A stretch of 64,000 nt of DNA from a virus, in the IMG/VR virus record IMGVR_UViG_3300048575_000193; one strand, given 5' to 3'. Made by a program: the position numbers and the translations under genes. The stretch's first letter is position 1; every line of letters starts with the position of its first letter. The notes under the pieces were generated by a model. That model saw only the letters and a program-made list of their open reading frames with translations. It was not told the DNA's origin and did not search any database. Positions 55,272 to 62,912 of this stretch are shown here, one piece after another.

Positions 55272-56393
55272 TCAGAAGTAGCGGCGCCTACGGAACCCGT
55301 AGGACCGCCGTTCATCCCCGAAAACATCGTAGCGCTGAAGGATAGCGGTGAGCGCCGCTGCTATGATAAGGCCGATTACGATCGCGACAACAAGCTGCGT
55401 GGTGTTTGGCTTGATGCTCGCCTGGAGGTACTCAAAGTCCTTCATCGGCTTGCGCTTGTAGTACTCCTCTGTCGTGTCATGTAGGACCTTGAGGGTCGCC
55501 CCCGGTGTGATCTCCGGCAGGGCCATGACGGCATCCCGGAGCTTGACCTCGTAGAGCTTCGCGGTGGTCCACGCCATGACTTGCGCCCAGGCAGGCTTGA
55601 GCGATCCCGGCTCGAGCCCTATGACCAAGATGGCGTCGTTCTTCTTGCCTCCAATCCAATCCTCCTCGAGGGCGTAGAACCACTCGGCGGGCTGGTCCGT
55701 GAGGACGACCGCCATGGAGACCTGCTTGCGCGCCCCGATGTCCGCGTTGATCCTCATCAAGCCTTCGTTCCATGCCACGGGGTCCGCTACGTTCACGCCC
55801 TGCAACACCAGCCGGTTGATCTTGTAGTAGTCGTAGATGCGCCTTGGGTAGCTCGGGAGCTTCCCGGCGTACTTGGCCTTAAGCCCCTGGTGCCGAAAGA
55901 GCGTGTCCGGCGCTGCCTTGATGTAGCTCGTGTAGCCATGCGGCCTCGCCGTTGGGTCCGCGACCTTGACCTGTGTCCACCGAGGCGGCTCACCCGTCCC
56001 TTGACGGTCAACACGATCGATCGTGATAGTCTCACGGTTTGATGTGTAGACGTTCCAATCGTAGTCGTGAAGATGCTCGTAACAGGTGTCGCAATGCGTC
56101 GTGGTCGAGCAGGTCTGACTCTTGCCCGACCCGGAGCACGTCGTCACGGGACGGCAGTTGCATTGGTAGGAATGGCTGCAAGATACCGTTTCCCTCTGCT
56201 TGTAGGTGACGAACCCACCCCAGATCTCCACGTCCCCCGTGTTCTTGGAGTAGATGATCCACGCAGAGATACCCGCGACGATGAGCTGGATGCCTACATG
56301 TAGGAGGAATTCCTTCCATGTGATCCCCTTGAGGACCACGAAGGAGAACACGGCGACGGCTACGGGTAGAACCAGCAGGATGAGTAGGGTCAT
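55272..56393 (-). CDS. Membrane protein with large extracytoplasmic Cys-rich domain
   Basis: Two N-terminal TMs, CSHSYQCNC...CDTCYEH, C-terminal TM. Confidence 0.8.
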   Translation of the reverse strand: MTLLILLVLPVAVAVFSFVVLKGITWKEFLLHVGIQLIVAGISAWIIYSKNTGDVEIWGGFVTYKQRETVSCSHSYQCNCRPVTTCSGSGKSQTCSTTTHCDTCYEHLHDYDWNVYTSNRETITIDRVDRQGTGEPPRWTQVKVADPTARPHGYTSYIKAAPDTLFRHQGLKAKYAGKLPSYPRRIYDYYKINRLVLQGVNVADPVAWNEGLMRINADIGARKQVSMAVVLTDQPAEWFYALEEDWIGGKKNDAILVIGLEPGSLKPAWAQVMAWTTAKLYEVKLRDAVMALPEITPGATLKVLHDTTEEYYKRKPMKDFEYLQASIKPNTTQLVVAIVIGLIIAAALTAILQRYDVFGDERRSYGFRRRRYF

Positions 56394-56962
56394 CAGCGTT
56401 CCCGCGAGCGGGACTCCTTGAGCATGTTGATGAACATGATGCCTTGACCGCGAGCGTCGTCGACGGCGACGTGGTTGTGCTCCCCTACGCCGTAGAACCA
56501 GCGCTTAGGCATGTGCTTCTTGACGCTTTCCCGGTAGGTCTTGCCCATGAGCGACATTGCGAAGGTCTTGATGTCGATCGCGGAGAAGCTGAAGGGCGAT
56601 GACCCGTGGAAGGCCATGAGGTACCAGTACACGAAGGTGAAGTCATACCCGGCCGGGTAGGCGACAAAGACAAGGCGACCGGGCAACCTCTCTGCCCATG
56701 TTGCGAAGTCGTCCATCGCATTTTTGGCGGAGACGGGGTTCTTTCGACACTCCTCCCAGGCTTCGGGCTGCTTGGCCCACCACGCCATGGTGTCAGGGTC
56801 GGGCTTGGCCTCGGGGAGGACCTCAAGGTTGCGGGAGAAGCTTCCAATCTCCTTGCCGGTCTCGTCGAAGGCGACGGCGCCGATCGAGAGCATGCTGTTG
56901 CGACCCGGGATAGGACCATCAGCTTCGATGTCAACGGATACGTAAATCTCTTGTGGGCTCAT
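56393..56962 (-). CDS. DEDDh 3'-5' exo(ribo)nuclease (Rv2179c-like)
   Basis: VSVDIEADGP, YDFTFV, IDIKT, HNHVAVDDA. Confidence 0.85.
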   Translation of the reverse strand: MSPQEIYVSVDIEADGPIPGRNSMLSIGAVAFDETGKEIGSFSRNLEVLPEAKPDPDTMAWWAKQPEAWEECRKNPVSAKNAMDDFATWAERLPGRLVFVAYPAGYDFTFVYWYLMAFHGSSPFSFSAIDIKTFAMSLMGKTYRESVKKHMPKRWFYGVGEHNHVAVDDARGQGIMFINMLKESRSRER

Positions 56963-57180
56963 GGCGTGGTCCTACACCGGAGGACTTTGAATCTGAAGAC
57001 CCTCTCGGTCTCACACTTCGGGCAATAAGCGCTGATCTCCCATATCCCCGGGGACGGGTTAGGGTTACCGCATTCAATGTCGTAGTCGTCAAAGTGCGTG
57101 GGGACCTTCGCCCGGCAGTACCGGCAGACGTGATTCTTCGGCGCGTTCAACATGACGGTGAGGTCGACTTGTAAGCCCAT
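56959..57180 (-). CDS. Small Zn-ribbon protein
   Basis: CRYC...YCPKC. Confidence 0.65.
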   Translation of the reverse strand: MGLQVDLTVMLNAPKNHVCRYCRAKVPTHFDDYDIECGNPNPSPGIWEISAYCPKCETERVFRFKVLRCRTTP

Positions 57181-57182
57181 GA

Positions 57183-57872
57183 CTACCGGATCCCTTTCGC
57201 ATTGAGGATGTCTTGGATTAGCTTGAATCGACGATGGCTTTCGGCCTTAAGCTCGGAGAGCGGGCGAACCTTGGGGGCGCGGTCAAGCCACTCGGTGAGC
57301 GTGTTGACCGGATCGTCCCCGAAGCAGAGGAAGTGTGCGTTGAGCCCTGTGAGGTTGCGCAGCAGCGATTTGCTATGCGTCACAACAACCGCGCCTAAGA
57401 GGTGCTCTGGGGCGTCCTCAAGGAAGGCGCGGATCTCCGCCCCTGCGGAAGCCGCCCAGCTATCGCTTAGGCCGATGTCCGGCTCATCCCAGAAGATGAC
57501 GTGCGAGCTGTCCCGCCCCTGGCTTGTTCGGATGGCGCCAAGGATCGTCTCCGAGGAGTTTGCCCCGGTGCTTTGCCATTCCTCGGAACCGTAGACGAAA
57601 CAAAGGCCAGGGTTGTAGGCGGTTTGACGCCGCCCCTCCATGGAGAGGTGGATGGTAGACGTTCCCGCTTGCGAACAGGTCCCTTGGACGACCCTTCGGA
57701 AGAATGACTTGCCCGAGGCGTTCTCTCCTACGGCGACGATGAGCTTGGACTTGCCAGGGGTGTAGCGGACGGGGATAGGCGTCACCCCGTCCGCGTTGGG
57801 CTCGAAGTACTCGAGCCCCAAACACCTGCGCACGAGGTCGCCTGCGTCCTTGATGGGGGGTTTCTTTGCCAT
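57183..57872 (-). CDS. Minimal ABC-type ATPase
   Basis: GENASGKS, STGANS, FWDEPDIGLS, VVTHS. Confidence 0.8.
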   Translation of the reverse strand: MAKKPPIKDAGDLVRRCLGLEYFEPNADGVTPIPVRYTPGKSKLIVAVGENASGKSFFRRVVQGTCSQAGTSTIHLSMEGRRQTAYNPGLCFVYGSEEWQSTGANSSETILGAIRTSQGRDSSHVIFWDEPDIGLSDSWAASAGAEIRAFLEDAPEHLLGAVVVTHSKSLLRNLTGLNAHFLCFGDDPVNTLTEWLDRAPKVRPLSELKAESHRRFKLIQDILNAKGIR

Positions 57873-57880
57873 GCCTCATC

Positions 57881-57905
57881 TACGCCGACGAGGCAGCCGG
57901 ATCAA
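57881..57905 (-). promoter_or_regulatory. Class I motif TTGATC-N12-CGGCGTA
   Basis: 8 nt before ATG 57872. Confidence 0.75.
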
Positions 57906-58207
57906 CCAGGATTGATGTAGTAAACGAGACGGCCGTAGACCTGGCGGGTCCAACCATTAACATGCCCCGAGGAGTTGGCGATCTGAAAGCGTCCGTCTTG
58001 GCCGATCGCCTTGACCATGTGGAGGAAGTGGCTGCCACCTACGCGGCAGAATACGATGTCCCCGACGGCTATCTCCTCGGGCTTTACTGGCGCCACGGTG
58101 ACTTTCACGCCGTCCTTGAGGCGTGGTGTCATCGAGTTACCGTGCTCCGTGTAGGTCACGGATCTCCCCGCCTGTAGCTCGGCGGCAAGCATTGCATATC
58201 GACTCAC
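57902..58207 (-). CDS. S24/S26 peptidase-fold protein (stand-alone)
   Basis: GNSMTPRLKDG...VGDIVFC...LHMV (His at the usual Lys position). Confidence 0.75.
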   Translation of the reverse strand: MSRYAMLAAELQAGRSVTYTEHGNSMTPRLKDGVKVTVAPVKPEEIAVGDIVFCRVGGSHFLHMVKAIGQDGRFQIANSSGHVNGWTRQVYGRLVYYINPG

Positions 58208-58509
58208 GAATCTTCTCCGAATTCCAATTGGTTTGGGGGGTCCGGGGCCTCCTCGACCTCATAGACCTCAAGGTCCATATCCTTGTCGAGGAAGATCCCG
58301 ATGACGCCCCGTCCGGTCTCACTATGCGCCATCCTCACGATGTCCCGCATGGTCTCCTCGGTCGGTGACTTGTTCCCGCGAAGAACGACGATGAGGGACC
58401 CCGCGTCGAAGCCCGTAGCCGATTCGAATTCATCGAGAAGTGGCATCTCCCGAGGAAGGGCTGCTTTGGGGACGGCGCGGAGGTAGAGGCGCTTGAACGT
58501 TTGGGGCAT
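58204..58509 (-). CDS. Hypothetical protein
   Basis: 101 aa. Confidence 0.65.
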   Translation of the reverse strand: MPQTFKRLYLRAVPKAALPREMPLLDEFESATGFDAGSLIVVLRGNKSPTEETMRDIVRMAHSETGRGVIGIFLDKDMDLEVYEVEEAPDPPNQLEFGEDS

Positions 58510-58520
58510 TGCCCCAAGAA

Positions 58521-59696
58521 CTACACCAGCTCAGGGCGGGCGTACTTGCCTTCGGGGGGCTTGCCTTTCACTGGAGGCATCCATCCTTCTGCCCGAGCCC
58601 TCGCATAAACATCCGCAAGCGGGGTGGCTTCGACAAAGGGCTGCACAGGCTTGTTCAAGAGGTTTGATAGGGCCGCCGTGGCTTGAGCCGCTGACAGGAG
58701 CCCTACCTCGACGTGGCGGCACAGGCGCCCCTTCCGGCGCGTAGCCGCGTCCATTTGAAGCGTCTCAGCATTCGTGGTCGCGAGGATCCGAACGTCAAGG
58801 ATCGACCCGAGGATCCCGTCCCCAAGGTTGAGCATCGACGAGATCGCGTCCATGTTGCCGTTGTCACGCTTCACAAGGCACCGATCCGCGTCTTCGATGA
58901 TGAGCATGATCGGCCCGTTGAATTCCTGCTTCGCCGACGTCAAGGCAGGCAAGATCTCCGGTGAACCAAGACTCTCAACGAGGTGCGGCGGAATCAGGAT
59001 GTAGGCGACCCGAGGCGCGTCCGCCAACAGGCTCCGCACTAGGTAGGTCTTGCCCGTCCCAGGGCTCCCACTAAGAATCGTGAGGCGCCCACACGGGCTG
59101 TCACTTGTCTGCTCTTTCACGATGTGGTCGTAGTCAGCAAGGACCTGCGGCGTGTAGTTGCTCCGGATGAGCAGGGTTCCTGCTGTACCTAGTCGTGTGA
59201 TGGAATAGCCCGTCATGCCCTTGGCAAGCGTGAAGACGAGCCCCTCATGGGGGTTGTCTGGCTGAAGCGCCCGTGAGAGGAGCTTGTTGACCTTGTCGGC
59301 AACCTCCTCGTCGGATGTTGCTAACGCCACCTCTCCCTCGGTCCCGGAGCTATAGATCGAGACGCTCAGCATCACCTTGTCGCCAGCGAAGGTGAAGTCC
59401 CCGTTACCGTTCCCACGATCTGCGATGCGAACAAGCCGAGCACCTGTGATTTCACAAAGGCCCTCGAAGAGGTTCTGAGGTGGTGTGACAAGACGCCCGG
59501 ACCAGGTGACGGTCCGCAAGGGCGGTCCGCCCTCGAGGGCTTCTTTGAAGATCGCGTGTCCGATCCATTGCCCTGGACCAAGACCTACACTATCTCCCAA
59601 GGTAGGGAATCGGAACGTCTTCCACCAATCAGCGGCAACTTTGATGAGCCCTGTCAAGGATGCTTGAGGAGAGGCTGCCTTCCAGCGGGGATCCAT
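58521..59696 (-). CDS. AAA+ ATPase
   Basis: GSPGTGKT, LIIEDAD, MLNLGDG, ATTN, RRKGR. Confidence 0.9.
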   Translation of the reverse strand: MDPRWKAASPQASLTGLIKVAADWWKTFRFPTLGDSVGLGPGQWIGHAIFKEALEGGPPLRTVTWSGRLVTPPQNLFEGLCEITGARLVRIADRGNGNGDFTFAGDKVMLSVSIYSSGTEGEVALATSDEEVADKVNKLLSRALQPDNPHEGLVFTLAKGMTGYSITRLGTAGTLLIRSNYTPQVLADYDHIVKEQTSDSPCGRLTILSGSPGTGKTYLVRSLLADAPRVAYILIPPHLVESLGSPEILPALTSAKQEFNGPIMLIIEDADRCLVKRDNGNMDAISSMLNLGDGILGSILDVRILATTNAETLQMDAATRRKGRLCRHVEVGLLSAAQATAALSNLLNKPVQPFVEATPLADVYARARAEGWMPPVKGKPPEGKYARPELV

Positions 59697-59720
59697 GCTC
59701 AGGCAGATCGCATAAGAGGG

Positions 59721-60482
59721 CTAAGCTAGGCGGCTGGACTTCCGGTAACGCTGCTTGGGGTTACCGTGCGCGTCAGTTACAATCTCGGTGGGGATGACCC
59801 AATTCCGCCGCGCGAGGGAGCCAAGCATAGCTGCAACATTCCGACCGCTTAAGGTGGTGGCCCTTGCCAGGTCTGTTGAGGTGAACTCCTCTCCGGGATA
59901 GGACCGGATGACGGCGAGAAGGGCCTCGGCTGGATCTGCCTTCTCTTGAGGGGCCTTGAGGGGTGTCCAAGACACCAGGCCGTGCTTTGTTTGCTTGATC
60001 TTGGACACACATCCGTCGCGGCTTAGGAATTCCAGTTGGATGGCTGTCTTGTTCATATCCGCGCCGAGGACCTTTGCGACGCTCAATGATGCTACCGGTC
60101 CCTTCTCGGCCGCCTTGACCAGGGCGGCGTAGACCTCATCCTTAGATGGCAGGGGTCCTTGGCTGGCTCGAGCGCCTGGCTTAAACTCCACATTGATGAC
60201 AGGCAGCGTCTTGGGGGACGCTTGCGCGGGCTGGGGTGCTTGCGTCTTGGGGGGCACTTGTGCAGGCTGGGTGTCAAGCAAGGCCGTAAGGGCGCCCTCA
60301 AGGATCTGCCCCGCGTTCTTGTTCTTCTCAATGTCGAGCCAAGCCGCGTGGATCTTGACCTCGAGCATGGTCCGATCCTCATCCATGTGCTTGGTCAAGC
60401 AATCGAATCGGCTTGTCTCGGTGACGATGCGGTTGATGAGTACGCGAAGGGCTGCTTGTCTGCGGATATCGTTGTTGTTCAT
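59721..60482 (-). CDS. Protein with two winged-HTH-like domains
   Basis: SVAKVLGADMNKTAIQLEFLSRDG and TDLARATTLSGRNVAAMLGSLARRN. Confidence 0.7.
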   Translation of the reverse strand: MNNNDIRRQAALRVLINRIVTETSRFDCLTKHMDEDRTMLEVKIHAAWLDIEKNKNAGQILEGALTALLDTQPAQVPPKTQAPQPAQASPKTLPVINVEFKPGARASQGPLPSKDEVYAALVKAAEKGPVASLSVAKVLGADMNKTAIQLEFLSRDGCVSKIKQTKHGLVSWTPLKAPQEKADPAEALLAVIRSYPGEEFTSTDLARATTLSGRNVAAMLGSLARRNWVIPTEIVTDAHGNPKQRYRKSSRLA

Positions 60483-60490
60483 GCTGGCAA

Positions 60491-60515
60491 TATGCCGCAT
60501 CCTCAAAGGGATCAA
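60491..60515 (-). promoter_or_regulatory. Class I motif TTGATC-N12-CGGCATA
   Basis: 8 nt before ATG 60482. Confidence 0.8.
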
Positions 60516-61132
60516 CAACCTTTTCGCTCTGGGAGCGTCGAATTCAGACGGCGTGCCTCCAAAAGATCCGTGAGGGCCGTGACAGTGGCTCGCAAATGCG
60601 GGAGGACCGTCTGCGCTACCGTCCGGCGAGCTACCCCACCCCGATCGAGGCGTTGAATGCATACGTGAATCATGCGGATGAGGTAGGTGACCTCATCTTC
60701 ACGAGGGATGCCACGGATCTCCCTAATTTGCCGGACCATCCATTGGTAGGTGGGAGGGTGGTGGAATTCAGCATGATAGGCACGTGCCCGCGACAGAAGC
60801 TCAGGCTGCTCGGAAGAACTCAAGCTCGATGCTTGGTTGGCGCCATGGACCCCGCAGACAGCGAAGATCTCTGGATGGATCCCTGCGAATTCCCCGTCAA
60901 ACAATCGAACATGCTCACGGTATGTTCTGGGAGTGATGCCGAGACGCTCTCTCCTGAGCATTTCGTCAAAAGAGTCGTAGAATTGCCCCCAAAGATGCCG
61001 ATGGTTCAGCTCATAGTCACGTAACCCCCGCGCTGCCTGGAGGTAGGTCTCCGATGACTGCCGGAACATGTTACGGTAGATTTGGAGGCTGTTTTGAAAT
61101 TGCTCGGTTTGGCGTGCTTGTGAGGTTGCCAT
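60512..61132 (-). CDS. Hypothetical protein
   Basis: 206 aa. Confidence 0.7.
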   Translation of the reverse strand: MATSQARQTEQFQNSLQIYRNMFRQSSETYLQAARGLRDYELNHRHLWGQFYDSFDEMLRRERLGITPRTYREHVRLFDGEFAGIHPEIFAVCGVHGANQASSLSSSEQPELLSRARAYHAEFHHPPTYQWMVRQIREIRGIPREDEVTYLIRMIHVCIQRLDRGGVARRTVAQTVLPHLRATVTALTDLLEARRLNSTLPERKGC

Positions 61133-61135
61133 GAT

Positions 61136-61690
61136 CTACATCCCTTCATACTTGCGGAATTCCGCTCTGATTGCCATTTTGTAGCGTGTCCAGTAGTTGA
61201 TTGAGACCGGGGTGTCCGTGAAGAACCCTCCCAGGATCAGCCCTCTGTCGGAGGCTTCGTCCGCAATGACAAGCTCGAGGTACTCAGGTGCCTTCGGATG
61301 TATGTCCTCGAGGCTGTCAACAAAGGCTGCGATTTCGGAGGGTGTCAGCTCATCATCCAACACAGCAGGTGCCTTCTCTGGAAGCGCCTTCATTTGCCCC
61401 CGCAAGGCCCTCTGTCGCGCTCGGACGCTCATTGTAGCGTGGTGCAATGCTGCGTTGTTGATATACCCCCGAGCACCCGAGTAAGGCATTCCCCTCAAGT
61501 AGTCCTTGGACATGAGCTTGAGCGCGAATGCCTGACACAAGTCGTCAACGTCGCCCGTCCCGTACTTCCGAAAGATGAAGACCAACCGCGCGCCGAGCAT
61601 CATGTTGGGGTGCTCAGGGCAGCCCGTCACGCCATTCTTAAGCATGTACTGGTGCAGGAATTCGGAGAGGACTTTGGCGGATCGTTCCAT
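61136..61690 (-). CDS. Divergent sigma-factor-like protein (ECF-type region 2 resemblance)
   Basis: LVFIFRKYGTGDVDDLCQAFALKLM...ARGYINNAALHHATMSVRARQR. Confidence 0.5.
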   Translation of the reverse strand: MERSAKVLSEFLHQYMLKNGVTGCPEHPNMMLGARLVFIFRKYGTGDVDDLCQAFALKLMSKDYLRGMPYSGARGYINNAALHHATMSVRARQRALRGQMKALPEKAPAVLDDELTPSEIAAFVDSLEDIHPKAPEYLELVIADEASDRGLILGGFFTDTPVSINYWTRYKMAIRAEFRKYEGM

Positions 61691-61698
61691 GCGGTGAC

Positions 61699-61723
61699 TA
61701 TGCCGATGGAGCTAGGGGATCAA
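61699..61723 (-). promoter_or_regulatory. Class I motif TTGATC-N12-CGGCATA
   Basis: 8 nt before ATG 61690. Confidence 0.8.
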
Positions 61724-61914
61724 CGAGAATCTGCTCCGGCGTCTTCAGGCTTCCAGCAGTCACAAGGCCCCCAATACGCCCCGAAGCAATACTGGTAGCC
61801 ATCGTAGCCCAACGTGCAGGAGCAACGCTGCCACGTGCCCCTTTCGCAAACCTGCGGGGGATCGTCTGGGCCACATGCCGTGAGGAGTAAGGCCAGGATC
61901 AAGAGTCGCTTCAT
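61720..61914 (-). CDS. Small Cys-rich lipoprotein
   Basis: MKRLLILALLLTAC lipobox, CxC/CDC motifs. Confidence 0.7.
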   Translation of the reverse strand: MKRLLILALLLTACGPDDPPQVCERGTWQRCSCTLGYDGYQYCFGAYWGPCDCWKPEDAGADSR

Positions 61915-62024
61915 CGCAGCTCCCCCTTCTCGTCGTAGACGATCGTCCGCGCCCATGGGAGCAGGCCCTGCGCTCCCATCTTGGGCGCTCGGGCACACTT
62001 CACAAAGGACCTCAATGTCCGGCC

Positions 62025-62912
62025 TCATGGCATCTCCAACACACGGTAGGAGGGCTTCCCTACAAGTCCCTCCATCACTTTGTCGAGGGCCTCATGGAGG
62101 TCCCAGGCGTCTTGTACGCGCTCGGATGCCGTCGTCGCGAGGCAACCCCGTAGGAGGCGCGCTAAGGGGGAGGGTACCGCCGATGGCAGCTCGTTGGTGA
62201 CAACGTTACCGCCGAGAAGCAAGACCCCGAGCTTGGCCGCCATGTAGATGTCCAAGGCAGGCGTAGGGAGTCGCTTCGCAAAGACCTCTGGCGGGTAGTA
62301 GTCCCGGAACCGCTTGACGATGACCTTGATGCTCTGCTTGTCCTTGAGCCGCGAAGAGTAACACCAATCGATGATCTTGGCGCCCCGCTCGGTCGGGTGG
62401 ACCAGGACGTGGGGAGGAAGCAGCGCGGCATGGACGAATCCAACGCTGTGCGCATAGCCAATCCCAGCGAGGATGCGCTTGAAGATCCAGGCGAAGTCAC
62501 GGATGTCGAGCCCGCTCGGATGGGCCGTCATGACCTCCTCAAGGGTGACCATCCCCTCCGCCCGGATCAAGACGTGTGTGGCTAAGTCGTCGTAGCTCGC
62601 CGGGAAGGAGATGAGCTTGGGGAAGTACCGGAGGAACTTCTCATCCGGAAGATTTGGAGGTCGGATGACCGTGAGGGCCGTCTTTTCTGCCAGCATGAGA
62701 TCCGTATCGGCGGTCCAGCGCTGCCGTTTGATGATGACGGGCTCGCGTGTCTCCCCGTCATCTGCCTCAAGCTGCTCGAAGAAGCCCCCGCCTGTGTTGG
62801 TCTTCGGCGCATGAATGACCTCCCCCATACGAAGAGCGCAGACGTCACCGTTGAATTCAGGCTTGCTGTCGTCGATCTCTACGTCGTGGCCTGAGTACTT
62901 TATCGTTGTCAT
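62025..62912 (-). CDS. Protein kinase-fold protein with atypical catalytic loop
   Basis: VIIKR, AEKTAL, VHAALLPPHV, IIDWCY, PPEV, DIYMAA. Confidence 0.8.
   Translation of the reverse strand: MTTIKYSGHDVEIDDSKPEFNGDVCALRMGEVIHAPKTNTGGGFFEQLEADDGETREPVIIKRQRWTADTDLMLAEKTALTVIRPPNLPDEKFLRYFPKLISFPASYDDLATHVLIRAEGMVTLEEVMTAHPSGLDIRDFAWIFKRILAGIGYAHSVGFVHAALLPPHVLVHPTERGAKIIDWCYSSRLKDKQSIKVIVKRFRDYYPPEVFAKRLPTPALDIYMAAKLGVLLLGGNVVTNELPSAVPSPLARLLRGCLATTASERVQDAWDLHEALDKVMEGLVGKPSYRVLEMP

Noticed and set aside
7884-61723. TTGATC as an FNR/CRP half-site
   Set aside because: The second half-site (ATCAA 4 nt later) is absent; a different box follows at a fixed 12-nt spacing
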